From Patescibacteria group bacterium (GTDB lineage Bacteria > Patescibacteriota > Doudnabacteria > UBA920): 64,000 nt of DNA. This document shows positions 36,670 through 46,088 of the stretch, piece after piece. The notes under the pieces were generated by a model. It was given only the letters and a program-made list of their open reading frames with translations, made no database searches and was not told the DNA's origin. The position numbers and the translations under genes are program-made. Each line of letters opens with the position of its first letter. Position 1 is the stretch's first letter. The stretch lies in the NCBI GenBank assembly GCA_013387205.1, contig WARV01000019.1:3642-67641 (forward strand), read 5' to 3'.

Positions 36670-36753
36670 AAAACCCGCCCTTCGACCTGTTCGGGTTTGC
36701 TCAGGGTCGCCTCGAGTGAAATCGAGACGGCGACAAGCTTGAGGGCGGGTTTT
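36670..36753. terminator. Terminator-like stem whose loop is a nested repeat element
   Basis: aaaacccgccct...agggcgggtttt enclosing ttcgac..gctcagg..cgacaagct. Confidence 0.65.
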
Positions 36754-36843
36754 GTTTTGCCCTTGAAAAATACCTGTTTTTTTGGTAAACTCAAGCATCA
36801 GCCGTGTAAGCTGTTATTTTTATACCAACTTTTGGGAGGATTA

Positions 36844-37206
36844 ATGGCAAGCTTGCAGTATACATTTGAGTCTGTTCTGTTGGAGTTGCAGGACTGGTGC
36901 GATAAAATAAGGCAGATTGAGAAAGGTCTGCCAACTGGCGTACCAAGAAACCAAAGAACTGGGAAGCAAAAAAAGAAAATGAAACTGGGGCTGGATAAAA
37001 TCCGCAACCACATGCCTGAGTTCAATAAGATTTGCTTAAAGATAGAAACCCTGGCCAGAAACGGAGAAAATCCGTGCAGGATGGCGAGTGCTCTGGTGGA
37101 GTTTCGCGAAAAGCAGCGCGTGTTGGCCATGAACGGGGGAGATTCCAATCCTTTGACTAGATTCATCAACAGGCATTATTTCTCTCGGGAAACCGTTGCT
37201 GTATAG
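36844..37206 (+). CDS. Hypothetical basic helical protein (120 aa)
   Basis: GGAGG before ATG 36844; followed by terminator-like hairpin with T run. Confidence 0.6.
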   Translation: MASLQYTFESVLLELQDWCDKIRQIEKGLPTGVPRNQRTGKQKKKMKLGLDKIRNHMPEFNKICLKIETLARNGENPCRMASALVEFREKQRVLAMNGGDSNPLTRFINRHYFSRETVAV

Positions 37207-37450
37207 CGCGGCGGCGCAAAGCTTGAAAGCGAGCGGTGGCTATTTGGGCCGCCGCTTTTTTTGTGGATAATGTTTTGTTATTGCTGTTTTTGCTTTTAGG
37301 AATAAGGGAAAATATTTTTTTGGTATTTAAAAATTACTGCTATAATAAATTAAAGAAACGTTTCAAAAAACAACCTAAATCTAAATAAAGATAAAATTTC
37401 GATGGCGGCCATAGCTACAAAAAGTTATGGCCGTTTAAGTTAACCTAATT

Positions 37451-37528
37451 ATGGATAAAATTGCAAAAAAGATTGAAATTGGACTAAGCTGGTTTGTTCA
37501 CACTGTTGCCAAGCTGTTTTTGGAATGA
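37451..37528 (+). CDS. Unannotated 25-aa peptide MDKIAKKIEIGLSWFVHTVAKLFLE
   Basis: TGcTATAAT 37338-37346 upstream, terminator 37557-37592 downstream. Confidence 0.4.
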   Translation: MDKIAKKIEIGLSWFVHTVAKLFLE

Positions 37529-37704
37529 GAAGCGCTTTAAATAACAACAATTATCTCCGCCTTACAGCATTGCTGTAAGGCGGGATTTTTTTAAGTTTAC
37601 AGCAATATTTTAGTCAATTAATATGCTTTTTGGGGCAGTCTCTTGTTTTTGGGGAAATTAACCCTGATATTTAAGGCGGCCTTTTTGGCAGAGGAGAGTA
37701 TTTT

Positions 37705-40700
37705 ATGTCCAAAATCAGTATACTTAAATTTTTAATTTTTGGATTTTTTTTGTTTTTTGGTTTATTTCCTATAAAGCATGCGCTGGCCGCGCCCTTTTTA
37801 ACTTTGAGTCCGTTTAGCGGGCACGCGGGCGCAATCAGCGTGAGTGGCGGCGGGTTTTCCTCCGGGGAAGAAGTAAAAATCTTTTTAAGAGATTCAGCAG
37901 GATTGCCAGCTGCTACGGTCAAGGCCAAGGCCAACTCGCTGTTCGGTCCGGTAACGGTTAATATTCCCGGCGATACCACCCAGGGCAATATTATGGTTAC
38001 TGCCGTAGGTTCCACGAGCGGTACGACAGCCTCTAATACTTATTATGTTGTGCCTTTTGCTCCGGTGCTTGATGTAAAATCTAGCGGGAACACGCCAGGG
38101 ACGGTTATTACTTTGTCTGGTACAGGTTTTGCTCCGGGAGAACAAGTAAATTTCTTTATGGGCGGGGCTGGCGGCGGATCGACAAAGGCTGACGGCAAGG
38201 GAAATTTTTCCAAATTTTCTTTTACCATCCCGAGCCTCACTCCCGACACTTACCAGATAGAAGCCAAAGGCGAAACTTCTGGCAGCACGGCAAAAAATTA
38301 TTTTTATGTCGGTACTTTCTATCCCGTAGCATCGCCTTCTTCGTATTATGTCATGCCAGGCCAGGCAATAACGTTTAACGGTTACAATTTTGTACCGGGC
38401 GAACAGGTTAGTGTGGTGATGGGGGAAGGGCAGCAGCCGGTGGGCACTATAACTGTGTCAGGCAAAGGTGATTTTAAAAATGCCGGCAGCTTTACGCCTT
38501 CGGTTGACTTAGCCGGGCAAATATTGTCATTCCATTTAAAGAGTTCCAAGTCGGCAGCTGATATTCCGGCCACGGTATCCATCGGCCAGTTTAATTCTTT
38601 GGTCACTCCTTCGGCTTATTACTTAATTCCGGGGCAAACTTTGGATTTTTACGGCAAGGGCTTTGCCCCTAACGAAACCATCCAAATATACCAAGGTTCT
38701 GCTGCTGACAGCTTGAGCCCGACAAATACCATCACTGCCGATAAAAATGGCGGCTTTACCAAAGCGGGCAGCCTGGTTATTCCGTATTCGGCTGCAAATT
38801 CCAGTTTGGTTTTTAAGTTTGTCGGACAGAGCAGTAATACTTCTTCCAGTTTGTCAGTTTCGGTCGGTGCGTTTATTCCGGAAATCCACCCTTCGGAATA
38901 CTACCTGACGCCGGGCAAAACTTTTACAGTTTGGGGCAAGGGCTTTGCCGCGGGTGAAAAAGTTACAGTTACGGCCGGGCAGGAATCGGTTACGGTCGCT
39001 ACGGACAAGTTTGGCGTGTTTAAAACCGCCGGGCCGTTTACCGCGCCATATGAGCCAGGTACTAAAGTCGTGGTTACCGCCACAGGGCAAAGTAGCAGTG
39101 CTAGCATCAGCGTAACTTTGGGAGTCGGCAGTTTGCACCCGAATATTATCCCGGACAGTTACTATATAACTCCCGGAGACCAGGTTAAATTGTCCGGATA
39201 CGGGTTTGCGCCAGGCGAAGATGTTTTGCTGCAAAACGGTCAGCAAGAAACTTTGGCAACCATAAAGACCGACAAATACGGAAACTTCACGAACTATTCG
39301 GTATCCACGCCTTTTAGCGGTGTAAAAACTTTGGGCTTTAATTTTGTCGGCGCCAAGAGCGGAGCTGTGGGTACGGTTTCAGTCAGTATTGCCACGCTCC
39401 ATCCTTTGGTAATTCCTGATACTTATTACGTTGTGCCGGGTTCAACTATTAGGGTGATGGGTACCGGCTTTTCCAGAGGCGAGCCTATTACCATAACTGG
39501 CGGCACTACGGCTTTGACAGTCAATGCCACCAAAGACGGCTATACCCCCTGGATGCCGGTGACTTTGCCGATGGATTTGCTGGCCAAGGAAATTACCATT
39601 ACGTTTACGGGCAATGCCACGGGAGCGAGTAATTCCGCGGTTATCGGACTGGCTCCGTTTTTGCCTCAAATTTATCCGAGCACGTATTACACCGCTCCGG
39701 GAAGCCTTATAAACCTTAAAGGTACGGGTTTTGCCGCCGGAGAAAAAATAAATATTTTGTTCAACAAGGAAAACGCCACATCCACGACAGCGGATTTGAG
39801 CGGCGCGTTTTCCATCCAAGGGTTTAAAATTCCCATTACGTCTGATACTGCCTATTTTAATTTTGCAGGCGTCAGGAGCCAGGCTAGCGCATCTTTGAAT
39901 ATCGCCTTAGCTCCGTTTAACCCGCAAATCTACCCGAGTACGTATTACGCGGCGCCGGGCCAGACCGTGGATTTCTCCGGCGTCGGGTTTGCCCCGGGGG
40001 AGTCGGTTGATATTGCCATGAACAGCCAGCCGGTTGAATCCGATGCGGTAAATGACCAGGGCCGGTTTGCCACCAAGAAAATCACCATCCCGATAGACGC
40101 TACCAAGGCAGCTGTATTCACGTTCACCAGCCCAATCTCACACGCCAGCGCAACCATTACAGTAGCCTTGTCCGCGTTCCAGCCGCAAATCTACCCGAGC
40201 CAATATTTCTCGTCTCCAGGCACGCCTTTGTCGTTTAAAGGTTTTGGCTTTGCGCCGGGCGAAAAAATATCCATCATTTATAACGAACAAGAAGTGGCCA
40301 CAGCCACAGCCGATGCCAAGGGCAACTTCCTGTCAGATAAAATTAATTTGCCGATGGGCGTAACCAAGGCGCACTTTACTTTTGACAGCTCGATTTCCCA
40401 TTACAGCAATCCGATTGATGTTTCTGTGGGTGCCTTAAGTCCGGTGGTGACTTTGAGCAGTTATTACGAAGCCGGCGGCAAGCCGCTGACAGTTTACGGT
40501 ATGGGCTTTGCTTCCAAAGAGCAGGTTGCAATAACGTTTGATAATAACCAGCTCGGGACAGTTACCGCGGACCAGTATGGAAGTTTTTCTTTTAAAACCA
40601 CAGTGCCGTTTGTCGAAGCCGGAGAAAAACAGGTCCAAGCCACAGGACAGACAAGCGGTGTCAGTTCTTCAGCCACGTTTGGCTTGCCGCAAGCGTTCAC

Positions 40701-40974
40701 TAACGTGCAGCTTAAAGCTTACGCCGGAGCGCCGGGCAGTGCGGTAACTTTTGTTGGCAGCGGTTTTTCGCCATCGGAAACCGTAAATATCACCACTGAC
40801 AAGACAGGGGAGGCGGCAGTTTACAGTTTTAAGGCGGACGCCAAAGGAAACTTTAATAATTCCGGGTTTGTCATTCCGGCTAACTTTAAAGGCGGGCAGT
40901 TAATCATTACCCTAAAAGGCGAACACAGCCTGGCAGCGAGCAAGATTACTTATTATGTGACAGGAGCACAATAG
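37705..40974 (+). CDS. Secreted surface protein of 12 tandem Ig/IPT-like repeats
   Basis: Signal peptide, AGGAG upstream; repeat PSxYYxxPGxxxxFxGxGFAPGExV about every 88 aa. Confidence 0.9.
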   Translation: MSKISILKFLIFGFFLFFGLFPIKHALAAPFLTLSPFSGHAGAISVSGGGFSSGEEVKIFLRDSAGLPAATVKAKANSLFGPVTVNIPGDTTQGNIMVTAVGSTSGTTASNTYYVVPFAPVLDVKSSGNTPGTVITLSGTGFAPGEQVNFFMGGAGGGSTKADGKGNFSKFSFTIPSLTPDTYQIEAKGETSGSTAKNYFYVGTFYPVASPSSYYVMPGQAITFNGYNFVPGEQVSVVMGEGQQPVGTITVSGKGDFKNAGSFTPSVDLAGQILSFHLKSSKSAADIPATVSIGQFNSLVTPSAYYLIPGQTLDFYGKGFAPNETIQIYQGSAADSLSPTNTITADKNGGFTKAGSLVIPYSAANSSLVFKFVGQSSNTSSSLSVSVGAFIPEIHPSEYYLTPGKTFTVWGKGFAAGEKVTVTAGQESVTVATDKFGVFKTAGPFTAPYEPGTKVVVTATGQSSSASISVTLGVGSLHPNIIPDSYYITPGDQVKLSGYGFAPGEDVLLQNGQQETLATIKTDKYGNFTNYSVSTPFSGVKTLGFNFVGAKSGAVGTVSVSIATLHPLVIPDTYYVVPGSTIRVMGTGFSRGEPITITGGTTALTVNATKDGYTPWMPVTLPMDLLAKEITITFTGNATGASNSAVIGLAPFLPQIYPSTYYTAPGSLINLKGTGFAAGEKINILFNKENATSTTADLSGAFSIQGFKIPITSDTAYFNFAGVRSQASASLNIALAPFNPQIYPSTYYAAPGQTVDFSGVGFAPGESVDIAMNSQPVESDAVNDQGRFATKKITIPIDATKAAVFTFTSPISHASATITVALSAFQPQIYPSQYFSSPGTPLSFKGFGFAPGEKISIIYNEQEVATATADAKGNFLSDKINLPMGVTKAHFTFDSSISHYSNPIDVSVGALSPVVTLSSYYEAGGKPLTVYGMGFASKEQVAITFDNNQLGTVTADQYGSFSFKTTVPFVEAGEKQVQATGQTSGVSSSATFGLPQAFTNVQLKAYAGAPGSAVTFVGSGFSPSETVNITTDKTGEAAVYSFKADAKGNFNNSGFVIPANFKGGQLIITLKGEHSLAASKITYYVTGAQ

Positions 40975-41016
40975 GAATTAAGAATTTAGAATTATGAATT
41001 AAGAATTTGGCAGTAA

Positions 41017-41058
41017 CAATTCCCGGATTTCGAGCGATCGCTCGAAATCCGGGAATTG
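41017..41058. repeat. Perfect 42-bp palindrome centred on GCGATCGC
   Basis: caattcccggatttcgagcga|tcgctcgaaatccgggaattg. Confidence 0.95.
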
Positions 41059-41151
41059 ATAAAAGTTAATAAATATAGGTTTTTGAATGGCTCAATCGGG
41101 GTTGAGCCATTCAGGGCATTTAAAAACCCCCGTTAACGGGGGTTTTATAAT

Positions 41152-41415
41152 TTATTTGATTTTAGCGATTGCTAAAGCCAGACGGGATTTCTTCCTGGAG
41201 GCGGTGTTTTTCTTGATTACGTTCTTTTTGGCGGCTTTGTCCAAGGCTGACATGACTTTTTTCATGGCTTCCATGGCTTCGTTTTTTTTGCCTTCGGCAA
41301 TCAGCTTCTTGACTTTTTTGACTTCGGACTTAAAAGCATCTTTGGATTTGATGTTTCTGGCTTTGCGGCGGAGAGACTGTCTCATGGCTTTGGCCGCGGA
41401 CTTGGTGTTTGGCAT
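41152..41415 (-). CDS. rpsT: 30S ribosomal protein S20
   Basis: MPNTKSAAK, LDKAAKK..IKKNTASRKKSRL. Confidence 0.97.
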   Translation of the reverse strand: MPNTKSAAKAMRQSLRRKARNIKSKDAFKSEVKKVKKLIAEGKKNEAMEAMKKVMSALDKAAKKNVIKKNTASRKKSRLALAIAKIK

Positions 41416-41611
41416 TTATTAAACCTTTGACATTTGACCTTTGACTTTAGGATGTCAATTGTCAGATGTTAATTGTCAATTGTAATGAAATTAATTTGAC
41501 ACGGCCTTGATAGATTTTTGCAGCAGGTTCTATTAAGGTAAAATTATTTTATCAAAATTCGGGGGAAAAAGCAAGGGGCGGAATTGCTTAAGCAATTCCG
41601 CCCCAAAGATT

Positions 41612-42340
41612 TCATCGAGAGTAAAATAGTCCAGCGCGGTATTCCGGCTTGCCGTGCAACAGTAACATGGCCGCAATGCCAAAACCTTTTTTGAATTTGA
41701 TTGCCAGCCGCGGTCCGCCTTTGCGCTCTTCTTCCAGGCCGTGGTTGGCTAAAGCTAAGGCGGCACCGAACTCTACCCGGCCGGTTTTGATGCTGGCGTG
41801 GGAGCCGTCGGAATAAAAATTCCTCCGGCCGTTGGTGGCTAGCAGGGTTTGCAGAAAAGCCCCTTCGCTGACAAGTCCCACGCCTTCTTCGCCGAGTTCA
41901 AGCTTCCAGCGGATGCTGTAGGCCGGCTCGAGCACGCGGTATTTTTCTGTCTCGTTTTTGGCGTGAACCGCCTCTTTGGTGGCTGGTTCGCTTTCGTGCC
42001 CGCCGATGCTGTCGATGAACGCGGCATTCAGTCCAGGAGATATCCGCAAAATGTGCTTGTAGCGGAAGTTCTTGGCTACGCCAAATGCCCCCACCCGGTA
42101 AGTTTCGGAGCCGTAATACAAGGCGCCGATGCCGGCCCTGCCTCGGGCAACGCCCAAATCCAGCGAAGCGCTATGCACCCTTTCGGAAAAAACAAGTTCC
42201 GTGCTTTCCAGTTCCGCTGCAGCTTTTCTTTCTGCCACAGCCTCATGCCTGCCGCTGGTTTTGTCGACAGGTTCACTGTCACTTGCCAGAAGCGCCGGTA
42301 AGCCAATTAGGCATAAAAAAAATACTCTCTTTCCCATCAT
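41612..42340 (-). CDS. Exported hypothetical protein, beta-strand rich
   Basis: GGAGG before ATG, signal-peptide-like N-terminus, alternating hydrophobic strands. Confidence 0.6.
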   Translation of the reverse strand: MMGKRVFFLCLIGLPALLASDSEPVDKTSGRHEAVAERKAAAELESTELVFSERVHSASLDLGVARGRAGIGALYYGSETYRVGAFGVAKNFRYKHILRISPGLNAAFIDSIGGHESEPATKEAVHAKNETEKYRVLEPAYSIRWKLELGEEGVGLVSEGAFLQTLLATNGRRNFYSDGSHASIKTGRVEFGAALALANHGLEEERKGGPRLAIKFKKGFGIAAMLLLHGKPEYRAGLFYSR

Positions 42341-42463
42341 TCCTCCCTTTTTCAATCTTATCGAGACTACAAAACAGCCCCAAGATTTCCAGTAAAATTT
42401 ACACTATTTTACTGCTTTGGTCAAGATTTTAGATAATTGCTATTATAAGTTACGTAATAAAAA

Positions 42464-42505
42464 TTACTCCTCTATAAATGACGGCCGTCATTTATAGAGG
42501 AGTAA
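42464..42505. repeat. ACGGCCGT-centred perfect palindrome (42 bp)
   Basis: ttactcctctataaatgacgg|ccgtcatttatagaggagtaa. Confidence 0.95.
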
Positions 42506-42703
42506 CAAAACGTTATATTTTCAACTCTTCAAAGATTTTGTAAATTAAAACGCCTGTCGTAGAGTAAGGGTTTTGCTCCTCCTATTCGCGCGAATAAGAG
42601 AATGGTTAGGATTTTTATAACGTGGCTTAAGCCCTAGAAATTATACAAAATCAAAGAATAAAAAAAAGGCGGGACGCGTGATTGCGTCCCGCTTTCGCGG
42701 TTG

Positions 42704-42997
42704 CTATAAGAGCTTTTTCATCCAGTCTGGACAGGTAAGAATCTGAGCGTTGCGGCCGTCGCTGAATTCGACTCTGATTTCCTCCTTGTTGGCTGTGACC
42801 CTTCTTGCCCCTAGCCGATCCAGAAGAAATGCCCCCACATACTCGCTGTTGGAAAACAGGGGCTGTTTGAGCTGGGAGACGAAATCCCGAAAATCCGCTT
42901 GGACAACAGGGCTGGATAAATCAGGCAAATCTTGAACCAAAGTTCTTCCAGGATGAAGTCCTGAAACTTCAATGTTCATCTCAAAATGCGGTATCAT
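42704..42997 (-). CDS. Hypothetical protein (97 aa)
   Basis: AAGGAGG before ATG 42997; terminator hairpin plus T run at about 42660-42693. Confidence 0.6.
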   Translation of the reverse strand: MIPHFEMNIEVSGLHPGRTLVQDLPDLSSPVVQADFRDFVSQLKQPLFSNSEYVGAFLLDRLGARRVTANKEEIRVEFSDGRNAQILTCPDWMKKLL

Positions 42998-43104
42998 AAG
43001 TCCCTCCTTAACCTTTCTCCTTTCCCAGCGATTATAGCAGATGGCCATAAAAAAACAAGAGAGAGTAATTAGGAAGCTCTTAAGAATAATCTCTCCATTA
43101 ATTT

Positions 43105-43500
43105 GTGAGACTCTTCGTTGTTCGACTCCTTAAGAATGACGCCTGGATATATAAGATTGCTTCGGAAACAAGCCAAAGCCCTTGTTTCCTCGCAATGACA
43201 TCCTTTGTTTCCTGTCATCGCGAGGAGCCCGCAGGGCGACGTGGCGATCCTTAACCAAGGAAAGATTGCTTCGTCGTCAGATGCATTCCTCCTCGCAATG
43301 ACAAGATGTGATCGATATTGGCCAAAGTTACTCTTTGACCATAAAAATAACGGCTAAATCCTAGGAAATTCAGGATTTAGCCGTTAAAAATATATTAATT
43401 TATCTTTGTTTGGTTTTTAATCTTTTCAACTGCTATCCTATCACGTAAGCGCGCGGCAACCTCGCCCCAGTAGTAGAACCTTCGGTTCACTACGGGGCTT
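43105..43500. repeat. Cluster of palindromic elements from several families
   Basis: tgtcatcgcgagg...gattgcttcg...ctcgcaatgaca (43213-43303), half copies, 43348-43386 and 43464-43498 hairpins. Confidence 0.85.
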
Positions 43501-43509
43501 CGCCCAAAG

Positions 43510-45591
43510 TTAACTTTTTACAAGACGCTTAATTTTTTTAATTTCATTAAGCCTGTCCCGAAGTTTTGCAGCCAGCTCGAATTCCAGGTTCTTTGCAGCC
43601 AGTTCCATTTGTTCATCAAGCTCGTCCATGTAAAACTTCAGTTCATTTTTATCCATCTTGGTTATGTCGGCATTAAACCGGCTTTCTGCTTCGGTGATAG
43701 ATTCGGCAGATCTTTGTCCTGCCAAGCGCGTATCGGCAATGGCTTTCTTTATAGATTGAGGAGTGATGCCGTGGGTCTTGTTGTATTTTTCCTGTATGGC
43801 TCTCCTTCTATTGGTTTCATCAATTGCCCGTTTCATTGATCCGGTAATTTTGTCCGCGTATAACACAGTGTGCCCGTTTAAGTGGCGGGCGGCGCGGCCC
43901 ATCATTTGCATGAAAAAAGTTTCTGATCTTAAAAATCCTTCCTTGTCAGCATCCAAAATTGTCACCAAAGAAACTTCGGGCAAATCCAATCCTTCGCGCA
44001 ACAGGTTAATGCCAACCAGCACGTCGTAAACGCCAAGGCGCAAGTCGCGCAGAGTTTCCAAGCGGTCAAAAGTATCCACGTCAGAATGCACGTAGTGCAC
44101 CTTAATGCCGTTTTCTTTCAGGTATTCACTCAGTTCTTCTGCCATGCGCTTGGTTAAGGTGGCAACTAAAACGCGCTCTTTGGCGGATATTCTTTCTTTG
44201 ATTCTTTCTATCAAGTCATCAACTTGGTTTTTTATTGGTTTAATTTCTATGGTTGGATCTATTAATCCCGTGGGGCGGATGATTTGTTCTATTATAGCCT
44301 CTTCATTTTTCCCTCTCCCTTGAGGGAGAGGGGGAGGGGTGAGGGGGATTAATCTTTTCGGTTTAAAATCTGCTTTTTGGTTCAGGCTGGCTTCAATTTC
44401 AAAATTGGCCGGCGTGGCGGAAACGAACACGGCCTGGCTGATTTTCTTTTCGAACTCGGCAAATTTTAACGGGCGGTTGTCGAGCGCAGAAGGCAGCCTA
44501 AAACCATAATCCACCAAAGTGGTTTTGCGCGACTTGTCGCCTTCGAACATGGCGCCGATTTGCGGTATGGTCTGGTGTGATTCGTCAATAAACAGCAAAA
44601 AGTCATCCGGAAAATAATCAATCAGCGTGGAAGGCGGTTCGCCCGCGCTGCGGCCGTCCAAATGCCTGGAGTAGTTTTCTATGCCGCTGACAAAACCGGT
44701 GTTGGTCAGCATTTCCAAATCAAAATTCGTGCGCTGCTCAAGGCGCTGGGCTTCCAAAAGCTTGCCCTGGGCTTTTAATTCTTTCAGCCTTTCCGCCAGT
44801 TCCAGCCGAACATTTTCCATGGCTTTTTGCAACTGGTCTTCGGGCGTGACAAAGTGCTTGGCCGGGAAAATAGTAAAGCTTTCCAAATTTTCCAGCTTTT
44901 CGCCAGTCAACGCGTCGAGTCTTTCTATTTTTTCAATTTCGTCGCCGAAAAAATCCATGCGGACGATGGTGTCTTCGGAAGACAGGATGATATCTAAAAT
45001 ATCTCCTTGCACCCTGAACGTGCCGCGCTGCAAATCGTAATCATTGCGGTGGTATTGCAAATCAGTCAGGCGGCGCAGCAGCTTGTCGCGCTTAAAGCCC
45101 ATGCCTTTTTTAATTTCCAAAGACAGTTCCAAATAATTGCCCGGGTTACCCAAGCCGTAAATGCAGGATACCGATGCGACTATTAATACGTCTTTGCGCG
45201 ACAGCAAAGATTGCGTGGCAGCGTTGCGCAAGCGGTCGATTTCTTCGTTTATTTGGGTTTCTTTTTCTATATAGGTATCGGAGCGGGGGATGTAAGCTTC
45301 GGGCTGGTAGTAATCGTAATAGGAAACGAAATAGTGGACCGCATTGTTTGGGAAAAATTCCTGGAATTCGCTGGCCAGCTGCGCTGCCAAAGTTTTGTTG
45401 TGGGAGATGACCAGGGTCGGTTTTTGCAAAGTTTCAACAACATTAGCCATGGTAAAAGTTTTGCCTGATCCGGTCACGCCCAAAAGCGTCTGGTATTTGC
45501 GTCCAGTTTGCAAAGATTTAATCAAGCCTTCAATTGCTGCAGGCTGGTCACCTGCTGGCTTAAATTTTGAATTTAAAATAAATTTTTCCAT
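43510..45591 (-). CDS. uvrB: Excinuclease ABC subunit B
   Basis: GVTGSGKT, YYDYYQPEAY, DESH, REGLD, C-terminal UVR domain. Confidence 0.98.
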   Translation of the reverse strand: MEKFILNSKFKPAGDQPAAIEGLIKSLQTGRKYQTLLGVTGSGKTFTMANVVETLQKPTLVISHNKTLAAQLASEFQEFFPNNAVHYFVSYYDYYQPEAYIPRSDTYIEKETQINEEIDRLRNAATQSLLSRKDVLIVASVSCIYGLGNPGNYLELSLEIKKGMGFKRDKLLRRLTDLQYHRNDYDLQRGTFRVQGDILDIILSSEDTIVRMDFFGDEIEKIERLDALTGEKLENLESFTIFPAKHFVTPEDQLQKAMENVRLELAERLKELKAQGKLLEAQRLEQRTNFDLEMLTNTGFVSGIENYSRHLDGRSAGEPPSTLIDYFPDDFLLFIDESHQTIPQIGAMFEGDKSRKTTLVDYGFRLPSALDNRPLKFAEFEKKISQAVFVSATPANFEIEASLNQKADFKPKRLIPLTPPPLPQGRGKNEEAIIEQIIRPTGLIDPTIEIKPIKNQVDDLIERIKERISAKERVLVATLTKRMAEELSEYLKENGIKVHYVHSDVDTFDRLETLRDLRLGVYDVLVGINLLREGLDLPEVSLVTILDADKEGFLRSETFFMQMMGRAARHLNGHTVLYADKITGSMKRAIDETNRRRAIQEKYNKTHGITPQSIKKAIADTRLAGQRSAESITEAESRFNADITKMDKNELKFYMDELDEQMELAAKNLEFELAAKLRDRLNEIKKIKRLVKS

Positions 45592-45681
45592 AAAATATAG
45601 GACTAATAGGGCAGATACGACTTATTAGCCATCTTTAATCATAACAGATTTATTTTTACCTTGTCTATACATTAAGATATG

Positions 45682-46088
45682 AAAAAAGCCACGGATGCAT
45701 CCCAAGTCCGTGGCTTCTTTGGAGAATCATCCGTTTGGCCAACGAATGAAATTTTTGAGGAGGGCAGCCAGGCGGCTGCCCCTGCCGTTATTACCAGAAT
45801 GCCGATTGGAATTCTGGTTTTTGCTGGTCCTTAAGGAAAGGACGCGCGCTTGCGGGAGCGGCAACTAAAAATCGCTTCAAGAAGGTTTGCGGATATTTTG
45901 TAGGATAGTCCACGCGCGTTCTTTGGCAATCTTTAGTCCTCGAACTTAAAAATCCTCTTTATTATTGCTGGTGGGTGAAAACGCTGCTGAGGCTTTCTTC
46001 ATCAGAGGAACAGAATTGGCCAAGGACTGGCCTTGTGGACTGCCAGGGGTTTTGTGTTGCGGATCCAGCGTTTTCACCCATTTGAGTT
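45682..46088 (-). ncRNA. Candidate ~400-nt structured ncRNA
   Basis: TTGACA-17-TAATCT promoter (46123-46095), 15-bp perfect helix, multiple hairpins, terminal hairpin plus U6. Confidence 0.5.

Noticed and set aside
42506-42660. Remnant of a second PaaX-like gene after the 42464 palindrome
   Set aside because: The promoter-plus-palindrome layout is similar, but I could not find recognisable protein similarity by eye
45985-46010. Hammerhead ribozyme (CTGATGA then GAAA on the minus strand)
   Set aside because: Only one nucleotide separates the two core motifs, so stem II cannot form, and I found no matching stems I and III
45682-46088. RNase P RNA or tmRNA
   Set aside because: No GAGGAAAGTCC P4 motif and no tRNA-like GGGG...CCA ends on either strand
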